A stretch of 61,114 bases of DNA, filler included, from Catajapyx aquilonaris (lineage: Eukaryota), in NCBI GenBank assembly GCA_000934665.2. It is 4 parts of 4 records of this genome, joined end to end, with 100 filler letters (N's around TTAATTAATTAA, not from the genome) between each part and the next. Parts side by side here need not be neighbours in the genome. Positions count along the whole stretch, not along the records: positions 1 to 15,207 come from JYFJ02007586.1; positions 15,308 to 30,596 come from JYFJ02007587.1; 2 more parts are not named here. One strand, given 5' to 3'. Below the pieces are notes generated by a model that did not search any database, had not been told where the DNA came from, and worked only from the letters and a program-made list of their open reading frames with translations. Of the stretch, positions 9,766 to 21,872 are shown piece after piece. A program made the position numbers and the translations under genes. How positions within the stretch are numbered: the first letter of the stretch is position 1; every line of letters starts with the position of its first letter.

Positions 9766-12700
9766 GGGAGAAGTGCCCCAGACTCGAACGAGTACAGACG
9801 TGTCTTGAACAGCTCCTGGAGTACTCTACCCTGCTCGCCCAATTTCACCGGGCAAATGGCAAGTCAACAACCGCTTACCGAGGCCTCTATTAGGCCACTA
9901 CTAAGACCGAGCGTTAACTAGCGAGACGCAGGTAGACGGCCCGCTATCGCAATTGCAACTATTGACCGGCAAATTTCGGGATCTAGAAGGCCGTTCTAGG
10001 AGGAACAATATTATATTCCATGGGATTGGGGAAGCAAAAGGAGAAGACTGGAAGGAAGCCGAGTGACTGGTTCTAAGTGCATCCGAGAACATGGTTTGTT
10101 GCATCCGGACTTTTATCCACCGGCGATAGAGCGAGCACATCGCATGGGCAAGATGGTGCCAAATGCGGATCGCCCACGACCTATTATAGTGGCTTTCTGC
10201 TACTATAAAGACAAGGACGTGATCATAAAAAAACCGCAAGAACCTTCGTAATATGCAAGTGAAAATGTCGGACGATGACACTGTCGAGACCCGTGCCATC
10301 CGACGGGAGTTGGTTCCGGCCCTCATTGACTTTCGTCAAAAGGGGAAGTCAGGCCAGATGCGTCATGACTACATTATGTGCGAGGGTGCTAAGTACAAGC
10401 TGGTGAAAACTGCCTGCCTGAAAAAATAGGAGAGTGTCAAGAAGGATCATGGTCATCCCAACCGGGTGCTGGAGGCCAGCTGATGGATAGGGGCACGGTG
10501 GACAAACGCCTGCTGTCTAAATTGCCGACAAATGGGACCCGTCCGCCGGCGAAGAAGCCTCATCCCCCACAGAATTCGCAATAAGACATACAGGGGGAAG
10601 TGTTAAGTGCAGATGAGTTAGATGAAGTGATAAGTGAAGCGCCACAATGCTCTCGCATTTCGGATCCCACCCGAGTGTTGCCGGAGTGTGTGTTTACCAA
10701 AAGAATTTTTGGAGCATGCCATGCTCTGCGTAATCCAGGTTTAAGTTTTGGTTGTGTGGGTTTTTTAGAAACGTGGGCAACAGATGAAATTTTTGCCACC
10801 CCTTTAGATATGGCCATGACTCAGGTATGTGCCGAGAGATTGTATAAATTCAGCCCACCATCGGGAGGTTTAACCCTCTTAAGTGCCAAGGACTTAAAAT
10901 TTGAAACGATATGGTCAAATGTGCGTTGTATTTTTGTCACATCTAATTGTTGCTACCCAGTTGGTACATTGATTGTGGGTCTGATCTATTTAACCCCAGA
11001 TGAAAGATTTGCAAGGGAAATGAAGATAATACAGGCGAAAATTGAATCGTTTGATCCTGCTGCTTGCATTATGTTGATGGGAGATTTTAATGCCAGAATA
11101 GGTGATTTTGCAAATGTGCTTCCACCAACCCGGCATTGGCCCCTGGTGATCGAAATACACAGGATAGCATTTTAAATGCATGGGGCAGGCTACTTATTGA
11201 GTTGATTCAAGATCACTCACTATATGCGTTGAACGGGGCCGTAAATTCTGATAGAATGGGTAGACTTACATAGTTACATTCATTAGCAAAATTGGCCAAA
11301 GTCTGATAGACTATAATAATGGTAACTCCTTCTCTATTGCTGTACCTGGAAGACTTTCGAGTATGGGGTGCTTTGGGTTCAGATCACCTGCCAGTAATAG
11401 CCTCATTTATGCTTACCTAAGGACCCCCGGAGTTAGCCTCGGGGGGCCCCTCAACTCCCACCCGTAGGATAACAAAAACCAGCTACGGGCTGGGATGCTC
11501 TGGCGCCGGCTATAGACCTTAGGTTGGGGAAAATTGAGTGGGCAAACTGTGATCTTCGCCAAGTGGTGACTTTATTCACTGCTAATATTTTGGATTTATT
11601 ACGTGAAGAGGGAATATATCGCCAAATTTCTGCCCAGTATAAGAGACGATATCACAAATGTTGGTTCGACGATCAACTGAATGTATCAAAAGAAGAACCG
11701 AAGCTCAGCCTGACGAGATGGAAACGAGCCCCCACCCTACTAAACCGGGAATCTTATCTCAAGACGGCAAAACTACATAAAAACTTCGTCTCCGCGAAAA
11801 AGAAAATTTACTATGTAGTCACGATCCATAAATTATTAACAGCTTCCAACTCCCTGACTTCTGGAACCTTATAAAAAAGTATTCGAAACCTCATACTAGG
11901 CACCAGTTGGACCCAACGGCCGGGATGGAATATCTGGCGACCTTTTACCAACACTCAGATAATGTCTTGCTCCTGACGGTACTGGATGGAATGCAATTCT
12001 CCATTTTAGAGGACGAATTCACATCTGCCGAGCTTTGTAACGTTCTGAAATCTTTAAACATGCGTTCCGGGTAATGATAATATATCAATCCAAATATTAA
12101 ATAAACCTGCTACTCAGATCCAGTCAGCCCTGCTTCAGATGTACAACAAGGCGTTGAATAATTCAGACATTCCCGCCCTATGGGCGCAGATTAAGATTAT
12201 TCCGATCTCTAAAGGAGGGGACCCAACAAATCCGGCAAATTACAGACCAATCGCCTTACTCAATAACTGTTTGAAAGTGTTAACTAAATTGCTCACCCTG
12301 CAGATAAATAAGTGGACCTTGCTGCATAAACTTATACCAGAAGAACAGGCGGGTTTCCGACCGGGTAGAAGCTGTACAGATCATATATTCTCGCTATTAA
12401 CATTTATTCAAAAATACCTAATAACCTAACCTAACCCCAACCAAGGGGAAGTTGTTTACTCTTTTCGTTGATCTGTCCAAGGCGTTCGACAATGTACATC
12501 ACGATATTCTCTGGAGTAAGATGGCTGCGTGTGGGATCAAGGGCAAAATTCTAGTTAATCAAACCAATTTACCGTCATGCTACGATAGTTTCTGATTCTA
12601 CTACAACCCAGATTCCTGTTTCAAAAGGAGTGCGCCAAGGCGATGTTATGTTACCAACCCTGTCTAATCTTTTTATGGCTGACTTTAAAATGGCATTTGT

Positions 12701-13993
12701 AGGAGCGGGAGTTCCTGGGGTGTATCTTGGACCAAATACAGAAGATGCGCATTTTTTACAATTTGCGGACGACATCGTAATTATGGCCTCGAATGTCATC
12801 TATCTCCAGCGTTTAATAAATGTCCCGGTCACCTACTTATCCAAGTCCCGATTATCAGTGAATCTAACTAAAACGAAGGTAATAGTATTTAGGTCGGGAG
12901 GTATTTTGCCTGCCTCTACGTCATTCTACTGGGAAGATAGTCCTATAGATATTGTAACTTTGTACAAATATCTTGGTGTCCTTTTCTCTTCTACAGGCAA
13001 ATTCCATAGGGCGGCTGACCATCTCCTAGAGAAAAGTAAATCAGCTATTTTTGCCTTCTGGCCTACGCCAGGTAGGCTAAAAGTCCGCCGTCTCTCGGTT
13101 GCATTAAAACTGTTTACAGCCCAAATAGCTCCGATTATCCTACATAATACACATGTCTGGGGTTTAGATTCTCTACTGGATATTGAGAGGGTGCAATAAT
13201 TATTTTTCATAAAGAAATTCCTGTCTCTCCCTTACAATTCAGCTAACTACTTTATTTGGCTAGAAACTGGCCACAGACCACTTTCTGGTAACGTGTTTAA
13301 ATTGTTGCTTAAATGGTTGATTAGGCTATCGACGATGGAACTAGCGAGGCTGCCTAAACAATGCTTCCTTTATATAGTTAATAACAGATCGTGAACCAAG
13401 GTGAATTGGCTAAACAAAGTCGAGGAGCTTCTTGCGGGGATTGGGACCTCATGGGACCACTGGATAGCCGACCCTTCGGTTCTGGTAGCTAACGTTCTTT
13501 TGACGCAATTTATAGATAGTACAGAAAGATTACACAGATCTGGAAGAGTCTACTAGGTACAGCAATTACGCCGAGCTAACCGAAGCAGTAGTGGTGTAGT
13601 GGATATGGTGTCCGAATGCTAATCGAGAGGTCCTGGATTCGAATCCCGGAGGCCGGCGGTCCTGACCTTGGTTTACTGTGGTTTCCCAAGGTCGCCTAGG
13701 AAAAATTTCCGGGATCGTACCGTAAAATAGGCCACAGCCGCTTCCTTCCTTTCCCTGTCCTGGAGGAGGTGCGGTGTCAGTCAGGGATTTCTGACCCGCA
13801 TCTAGGGGGTCATCTATGGCGAACGGGCCCCCTGAGGGACTGCACACGACCCCCAACTTACCGACATTGCACATGCACCAGTGGTCCCCCCCTCTCTATC
13901 CCTATCCTGTCCCCTGCACGATAGTGGTAATCCACTCCCCTAAGAGAGCCCATGGCTCTAACACGGGGTATATCTTTAAAATAATAATAATAA

Positions 13994-14032
<39 letters not shown>

Positions 14033-14154
14033 CGCCAAGCTGAAAAACTCACCCCTATGAGAAACTTATTTCTTGTATAACCTACCGATTCAAATTATTA
14101 GACTATTGGCTAACTTGCGAAATGAATCACTTTATTTATTGGTGCAAGGATATA
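9766..14154 (+). mobile_element. Decayed near-full-length non-LTR retrotransposon (APE+RT with ORF1; RTE-X-like)
   Basis: ORF1 relic DLEGRSRRNNIIFHGI / IERAHRMG..RPRPIIVAF; APE motifs FLETW, MGDFNARIG, GSDHLP; RT motifs NYRPIALLN, QAGFRPGRSCTDHIF, FVDLSKAFD, GVRQGD, FADD, YKYLGV; many stops and frameshifts; clade call tentative. Confidence 0.9.
13578..14031 (+). mobile_element. Composite SINE (family A head/body + family B body + shared tail) nested in the LINE
   Basis: A box TGGTGTAGTGG, B box GATTCGAATCC; (AAT)(AAC)n tail; TSD-like ACGCCRAGCT at 13568-13577 and 14032-14041; the LINE reading frame resumes after it. Confidence 0.8.
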
Positions 14155-15207
14155 CTTGCCCAAACCCAGAATAATTCGCTCACCCTGATATTTCCCAGTT
14201 GAGAATATGGAAATGACGAAATATAAATTAATTGCACATAAATAGGGTGTCATGAAGGTCGCCTACGTATAGAGTGGCATCTTGCCCACACGATGGCACA
14301 AAAATGCCTCCTCCAGCTCACATATGACCAAGGTCACAGAGGTTTAAAAATGCGCGATGGGAGTCAGAAGTGTTCGCTCACAGCGCGCGCTGTGTCAAAT
14401 GAATTCGCTCAGGTACAATGACTCGATGCTCTGGCAAGTTCCTTTCGAGATAGCAGGCATCATTTCATGCTCGAACTCTGCACTGGAAGGTTTGACCATG
14501 GTACGTGGAAGACCTCTCCAAAAGGACTTGCGAGTAGCCATACTGACAGCCCACAACGCGGGAAGGTCCGGCCGTGACATCGCACGGTCTTTTCAACTGC
14601 CACAGAGAACTGTTTCGGACCTGCTTCGGCGATATGCGCAGACAGGGAGCTTGCTATCAAGACGTCGTACCGGACGTCCTAGGACAACGACACCCAGGGA
14701 GCTGAGAACATTGCGCCGATTGGTCAAGAAAGACCGCCAACAAAGCACGGCCGACGTGAATCAGGAATGGGCAAGGGTTACCGGGCAACCACGGTCGACA
14801 TCCACATGCAGGAGACGGCTACATGAACTGGCGATGGATTTCTACAAGGTGAGGACAAGGTGCCACGTGCATAGATATAGTGTCACATCCGTAGTAACCA
14901 TCTTACTGTAGGCCAAGAAAAAACCGCTGCTCACCCATGCCCAAAAGAGGAAGCGATTGCTATGGGCGAAGGAGAGGAGGGGGTGGAGAAAGAGGATCTG
15001 GGCCACAATCATCTTCAGTGACGAGTCCTCTTTCCAAGTGATCCCGTCGGACACTCGGCGACGCATCATTCGCACGAAAAAGGAGGCTTTCCATCCAGAC
15101 TGCCTGGAATGGACTGTGAAGCATGCAGCAAGTGTGATGGTGTGGGGATGTATAGGGAGGAGTGGCACTGGAACCTTGCAAGTTGTGGAAGGGAAGATCG
15201 ACCAACA
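14155..15207 (+). mobile_element. Minos-like Tc1/mariner DNA transposon, cut by the contig end
   Basis: Begins after TA at 14153-14154; the motif AATTCGCTCA occurs at ~14173 and ~14402 (IR/DR-type left end); transposase follows. Confidence 0.85.
14498..15207 (+). CDS. Tc1-family (Minos-like) transposase, two exons: 14498-14848 and 14912 to contig end
   Basis: MVRGRPL...GRPR...DFYK | 63-nt GT-AG intron | AKKKPLLT...RLLWAKER...IIFSDES...SVMVWGC; no stops after splicing. Confidence 0.9.
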
Positions 15208-15307
15208 NNNNNNNNNNNNNNNNNNNNNNNNNNNNNNNNNNNNNNNNNNNNTTAATTAATTAANNNNNNNNNNNNNNNNNNNNNNNNNNNNNNNNNNNNN
15301 NNNNNNN
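15208..15307. other. Artificial contig-joining spacer
   Basis: 44 N + TTAATTAATTAA (stops in all six frames) + 44 N. Confidence 0.98.
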
Positions 15308-15402
15308 TGGTTCAAGGTGACTACGTCGAAAAGTCTTAATAAAATTTTGACCATCAAACATGTCTTTCAACATCAGGCTCAGAACTTATTGGACGACCCT
15401 CG
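15308..15402 (+). mobile_element. mariner 3' end with right TIR
   Basis: VQGDYVEKS* C-terminus followed by ...AACTTATTGGACGACCCTCG|TA. Confidence 0.75.
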
Positions 15403-15666
15403 TACATTATACTGCATAATGGCTTTACTAGGACCCCGTGTCCTCTAATGCAGATAACATTTTTATTGTAGGTCTACTTTCAGGAATACCGGTATACTGT
15501 ATAAATAATTTTTATTATTAGCATTTGTCAATGAATAAAAAGGACTTACCTGGCTAATCATAAGTAAAATAATCTTTCACGTGCAACAGGGTATAAGCGT
15601 GGAGGAATGCTTGTTTCCTGAACCTAATTACAGCCTGATTAGATCCATATTAATTTATAATTTCAG

Positions 15667-16453
15667 AGTGGACTGCTGTCATCCCTGCCATTCCTCGCTA
15701 TGTGGATAACATCCGTGTCCTCTGGATTTGTCGCTGATTTCATCATTAGAAAACGCTATTTGTCAGTAGGAGGAACACGCAAAGTCTTCATATGTGTTAG
15801 TAAGTGATGGTGTTTAGGTTGACAGCATCTCGTTTCACTGTATTTCAATGAAAAATATGTTATTTTTCAGGTCACTGGATACCAGCGGTATTGCTGATTG
15901 GAGCAGGCCACACTGGCTGCAATCACAGTGTGACCATAGTCTTGATCACTCTGGCTTTGGGAGTTAACGGTACAGCTAGGGCAGGGTATGACGTGAATCC
16001 GCTAGACCTGACCAAGAACTTCGCAGGAGTAGTCATGGGCATTGTCAACTGCATTGGAAACATACCCGGAATCCTGGCTCCGGGTGTCGTCGGATTACTC
16101 AGCAAATACACAGTAAGACTATGATGATGATGATGATGATGATAACTGTATGGGCATGTGTTTTATTGAGTGCGTAATGTTATTATTAGACCTATTGATA
16201 TTGTGTGCCTTTTAACGCCATTGGCAAATATTTAGAATGTTTAATCAACTTTTTCCAGCATGGGTTTCTCCTTTGGCAAATTGTGTTCTACATTTCTGCG
16301 ACGATGGCAGTTCTTCCGACCATTTTCTACCTAATATTCGGCTCTGGAGAACGACAAAAGTGGGACATAATCGAAAAAGAAGAAGATTCAAAACAAATCT
16401 CCCTTAAAGAGCCATCTCCCAAGACTATTGTGATACATGCAACTGGTGTATAA
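15667..16453 (+). CDS. SLC17/sialin-like MFS anion transporter, last three exons (15667-15799, 15871-16112, 16259-16453)
   Basis: SGLLSSLPFLAMW...ADFII..TRKVF; N.LDL..NFAGVVMGIVNCIGNIPGILAP; WQIVFYIS...YLIFGSGERQKW; splice phases consistent. Confidence 0.9.
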
Positions 16454-16770
16454 AATGTCGTTTTTTGCAACTCCACGTTTCACTTTTTTTAAACATTTGT
16501 ATAAAATTTTCTTAATTGAAATAAATGCATAATTAAGCTGACTTAATACCTCATTATAACGATTTCAAGTTGATAAATTTCCTGCGCTTTTCTCCAATAC
16601 CAGGATCCTCAATTGTCCCATGTTCATTGATTGTAATACAATGGTCATGTTGAACCTATGCAGCCTGTACTAAACAATGAAAATAATACTGTACAGTACT
16701 ATACGTCCCTGCAACAAAAGCAATGATACAAGTTAGTATACATGGTGCAAGCATACAGTGTCCTTTATTT

Positions 16771-19700
16771 CTATGACAAATATATCTTTGCAGCTTCATC
16801 AACCAATTTGTTCTTCTGCACTTTTCCCGAGGCAGTTTTTGGGAACTCTGAAATAAAAATAAAATATCTAGGGACTTTGTAGTATGCAATTTTGCCCTTG
16901 CAAAAACTGTGCAATTCTTCTTCTGTCACTGTTTCACCATCCTTTAGCCTAATAAACGCGCAGACATCTTCTCCAAGTCTTGGATCCGGAAGACCAACCA
17001 CCTGAAACATGGTCACTTATAAATTCAATAATCTAATGTGCAAAAATTATGATCAACTGCTGAAAATGACTTACACTAACTTCCACAATTTTTGGATGTG
17101 TTACCAAAAAATCTTCAATTTCTTTGGGAAAAACATTTTCCCCGCCACGGATGATCATGTCCTTGACTCGTCCTACTATTCGTCCATAGCCATTTTCTTG
17201 TAAAACAAATAAATCTCTGCAACAGATAGATTGTTGTTGCATGCCCTATTACAACATAAAATTCTGAAATTATTTTTCTGACCCTGTTCTCAGCCATTTG
17301 TCTTCTGTCATGGTTTCCTTCGTCTTCTCAGGATCTCCCCAATATTCCAGCATGGTGGTATACCCTCTGACGCACAATTCACCAGGAGTTTCTATTGGAA
17401 CTATCCGCCCTTCCTTGTCCACTACTTTGACCTGATCATTTAAAAAATACCATACATGATAGCTGTGGACCGATAAACCACACATTAACGTATAGGTACG
17501 GTAAATGCATTACCTCAAGATGGTCAAGAGGGAATCCCACCGTCGATGTTAGTGAATCAGCAGAATCGTCCTCCAAGGCAACCATAATTGCAAAAGATGC
17601 TTCTGTTTGGCCATATCCATTCTGTAAATTGAGTTAATAAACTAAAGAGTAAAAAACGCTTAGTGCAAAATTCAACAGATTTTTCTACTGATTAACTACT
17701 GGTAAGCTACCAAATATTTGCCGTTATAACTTTAGAGCAATCATTGCCTATATCAAATCAAGCAATAAGTTGACTACCACAAATAAATACTTACACTAAC
17801 GCGCTTTGCACCGAATGTTGTCTTGATCCGATTGATAAGTTCCTTTGAACAAGGTGCAGCTGCAACAGAGACTCTCTCTATTGTGGACAAATGCCTTGGT
17901 TCTTTCTCCAGGATCGACAGCATGTCAACGTACATAGTAGGGGTACCAAATATGTGTGTTATCTTTTCTTCTTCTACAGCCTTCATCGTGGCCGATGGAC
18001 TGAATATAGCACTCGGCATCACGCAGGTGCTCCCAAGGTAAAGTCCTCCTAATGCGATTCCGTTACAACCGTAAGTGTGAAAAAGAGGGACTGTTATGCA
18101 CGAGCGGTCCTAGAATTGGGAATAAATAAATCATGTCAACAATATATTGGGACGAGATGGCTCTTTCAACTGGCGTTACAGGAGGAATGCTTGGGCTCTC
18201 ACGCTAATACACTAGTGAGTTACCTATAGTTACAAATTAACATTAACGCAATTTTACTGACCAGTGGCGGGTTGGGAACACCATGAGTTCTGGATGTCGC
18301 ACAAATCACGTTGTTCACAATCCCATGATGAGTTAGCAAGGTTGCCTTTGGTAATCCTGTTGTTCCCTATAGGGGTAGAGTAATGTACTGTACAACAACA
18401 ATGTACTGTACTGTACAAAAAGCTGTCTACATATTACGGAAATTTCGGAACTGTTCCTTTATTTATATATGTCACGGAAAATTACCAGAGTTTCCATAAT
18501 TTTACGGAAAATGTTTAATCAGATCACCATACGGCTTATTTATTTATAATATCTAAGCAAAACTTACCGAAGTGTACTGAATGTTACATGGGTCATCAAA
18601 TTGGATTGCAGCTTGCATTTCTTTGAGCCGATTCACATTTTCATCAGTAGCCATGTCCATGACTTCCTCAAAAGAATGTGATCCTCTGAAAAAATAAAAT
18701 TCATAAGCCTATATGGTTCTGGAGAAAAAGTATGTAATACAGGTGATGGTTGTCAATGGCATATGTACCGATATTGCTTCTTAGACATTACGACGAGGCT
18801 TTTCAAAGAAGGCACTTGTAAGCTGTTTATGTTTCCAGGTGTGGAATTGGCAATCTCAGGTGCAACTTCCAGCACTTTTTCGTAGAGACTGGATTTGCGA
18901 ACACTTTCGGCGCATATTAGAGCCTTGATTCCCACCCGATTCAGACAATACTTTAACTCTGGAACTTGGAATGTGAAGTTTATGATCACCTGTGGGGATC
19001 AAATACAAGGTGAGTAATTTTGGTATGCTATTAATAAGGAGTATGTAATATTATACTTGCAGAAATTAAGCCCATCTTGGCTGCTGCCAAATATGTCAGG
19101 TACCACTCGTAACTGTTTGGACCTAAAATTCCAATTCTATCACCTTTTTGGAGTCCCAAAGCCATCAAACCAGCACCTAGTTTGTCCGCCTGCAATATTC
19201 ATTACACTTCTTAAAATAAATGACACTATTGTTTAAATTTATGACTTACTTCGATTCGGACTTGCGCAAAGGACTTTCGAATATTTTGAGGCATATCTAC
19301 AACAGCCTCTATATCTCCATATTTTTCGGCAGACTCATCAATCAAATTCCCAATTGTCATTCCCAGCAATGGGGAGCTTCCTGGATTATGCATATAACTC
19401 ATTTTTAGCTTCACACTCGGCGTACGGGCCATCTTGAATGACAAAAAGAACATTTAGCTCATAATGCACTGCAGATACGAGAATTATGATCTTACCAGTA
19501 ACTATTCTAAATATTGTATGTTTCGTAATTAAGATAATATCCGGACAGGTTAAAATTATGGGTAACAAGGGGAATATCCTCGTTATTCTTACATAGCAAC
19601 AATATAGTAGTGAGACAATAATATACGGTAGATTAACAGTGAATATCAATCCATTTTCAAAGTGAGAAAGGGTAAGAGTACAATATGTTATGCCATTAAA

Positions 19701-20258
19701 GCCATTCCTGAAATGTCTGAAGGCGAATATGAAAAATGGCCTTTACTAACAATGGCTACTACTGTGGGTAGAGGTTAAAAAGCCTATTGCATTCACAAGA
19801 AATTATGCGGGATATTAAGAAATTTTCCTATAATCAAGTCTATATTATGATATTATAATGCATTACATCTCAATTTTCATTAGTTTCGAGCTGTTCGGTG
19901 GATAATGCTATATACCATGTGTATTTACAGCATACCTCTGAACTTATCTGGGAATAGCATTTTCTGTCTCCAAAGTCTGTAGAATTTACAATAGTTGCAC
20001 TGCTAATATTTCTATTATGTGCAGATAGGAACAATGGTTCGTTACGCTTGGTCGATGTAAATATACTTCTCCTGTAAATGGAAAGCGAAAAAGTAGACTG
20101 CTGATTGATAACAAAGACAAATAATAATTATTCGCTCTAGAAAAACCACTTCTTGCACTGTACCTTGCTGCACAATTCGTTGCATCAGTGTACAGATGTT
20201 TTCGGAAGTTGAACCAAAAAATTGCAAAACTAGATGAATCAATCCTTGTAAGAGACAT
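16771..20258 (-). CDS. ACSF2: Medium-chain acyl-CoA ligase ACSF2-like, mitochondrial, multi-exon
   Basis: Exons 19250-19432, 19061-19189, 18769-18989, 18568-18685, 18262-18366, 17795-18109, 17514-17621, 17283-17431, 17075-17216, 16771-17001; AMP-binding [59 protein letters not shown]; 5' exons (20164-20258, 20046-20071, 19936-19976) are tentative. Confidence 0.9.
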
Positions 20259-20753
20259 ATCTTGTCCTTTTAAAATACTAACCACACACCACCGTCGCCT
20301 GAGCAAGACTATCGGAAACGGGATGTAGTGTATATCTTCTATTTTTATCTGGACCATATCATGAGCCTCAAGGTTGTGTGACATAAGAATACTGTACTAG
20401 CTGTAGGCTACGTACCGTACAACCCTCTATACAGTAATCACGGGTAGCTATAAATTCCCAGCGACACCGGATTGGTATACTCCCTCCAATTACATCTTGA
20501 CAATTGACGTAATTACATTCAATGCCACACGAATGACTGGCGCGATTGCTGAAATTTTAAACACATTTTTCTTAGAGTCACAGCAATTAGCAGGCCTACT
20601 ATTAGTAATGAGCATTGGAATTCACAAAAGCCGTAAATAGCAAAATAATATTTCCACTTGGAGGCAATGTGTATGCAATAATAAAAATGAAGGTCCGTAC
20701 GATATACAGCCTAACCCCTATATATAGAGAGGGAATGAACTACCGATACTCCG

Positions 20754-20819
<66 letters not shown>

Positions 20820-20863
20820 GGGCAGTCCAAATATTCTGACTGGGCAATAAAAATAATAATTTA

Positions 20864-20946
<83 letters not shown>
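20754..20946. repeat. Facing (ATT)n and (AAT)n microsatellites
   Basis: Direct reading of the sequence. Confidence 0.95.
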
Positions 20947-20947
<1 letters not shown>

Positions 20948-20949
20948 GG

Positions 20950-21125
20950 CCAGGGGAACTTCCTTTCACCTGCGTCGCGTCGGCGGGAGGGTCTCTTTGG
21001 AGGTGTCTGGCAACCTAACCTCCTGGGGGATTGCACATGGCCCAACATTGAGACATTGCACTTGCACCCGTGTCCCCTCCCCAAAAATCCCTATCCTCTC
21101 CCATTGTCCTGTTTCCTTGCACCGG
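20950..21125 (+). mobile_element. SINE family B body, headless
   Basis: tctggcaacctaacctcc...gacattgcacttgcacc shared with the reverse complement of 26790-27070. Confidence 0.75.
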
Positions 21126-21248
21126 AGATTGAAGAAAAAAGTACAAGAAAATTGATGGCGGTGTAGCCTATCATCACCCAAAAAGGCCTGTGTAGGCCTA
21201 TCACGGGGTTAAATAAATAAATAAACATAATGTCAGGATGAGCTGCAC

Positions 21249-21498
21249 CAGTGGTTTCCAACCTTTTACCAACTGCGACCCCCTAAACATATGTTTCCAA
21301 GAATGTGCGACCCCCCCCCCTCNCCCCCCCCCCTTCCTTCTCTCCCCCGGCCCCTCCTACAACTGTCCCCTTTCCAGAAAACATACACTCTGTACGACCG
21401 CAAAAATGGTTCAATTGACACAGACATTACAAAAAAACAAGAAGTTGAACCAATAAGGCTCGCGACCCTGCCCGCGACTCCCCGGTTGGAAACCACTG
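21249..21498. mobile_element. hAT (Charlie-like) MITE
   Basis: TIRs CAGTGGTTTCCAACC / GGTTGGAAACCACTG; 8-bp TSD AGCTGCAC/AGCTACAC. Confidence 0.85.
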
Positions 21499-21872
21499 AG
21501 CTACACGAATAGGATATCACATGTAGTTAGAAGGAAACTTGAAGACCACTGTTGCTATCAATGATTTTATTGGTCAAGAGACCATACAAATCACCAATGA
21601 CATGATACACTTCACTTTTTTTGTTTAAAAAAAGGCGGCATGTCTCAAAAGGTGTAGGCCTACACTTTTGGGGGGAGGGGGAAATATGGGGAGTATTGCC
21701 AGTATTGTAAACAAGTACAAAAATTTGTCCTGTGCCGAAATTTTTCCAGAGAGGATATGTGTGCAATGAGCATTCATCATCATATCATCATCATATTTAT
21801 GAGCATTCAATTTACATTTACATTGTCTGTAGTGTCGAGAACCATTCTGTAATATTTTTGGAGACCGGGCTT

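Noticed and set aside
13579..13650. tRNA genes (also near 1975-2049, 27000-27070, 45375-45447, 46494-46565)
   Set aside because: A/B-box heads run into shared SINE bodies, and where visible tails and TSDs; no clean cloverleaf
2998..14154. Diversity-generating retroelement (variable C-type lectin folds beside a reverse transcriptase)
   Set aside because: The RT belongs to a decayed APE-type LINE inserted in an intron; B4/B5 differences involve all four bases rather than adenines only; no template/variable repeat pair is seen
15252..15263. TTAATTAATTAA as a biological motif (also 30641 and 45892)
   Set aside because: Identical N-flanked all-frame-stop linker, so artificial
15308..15402. Right end of the Minos-like element continuing across the gap
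   Set aside because: Different contig; the GDYVEK C-terminus and TIR are mariner-type and do not match the left end at 14155
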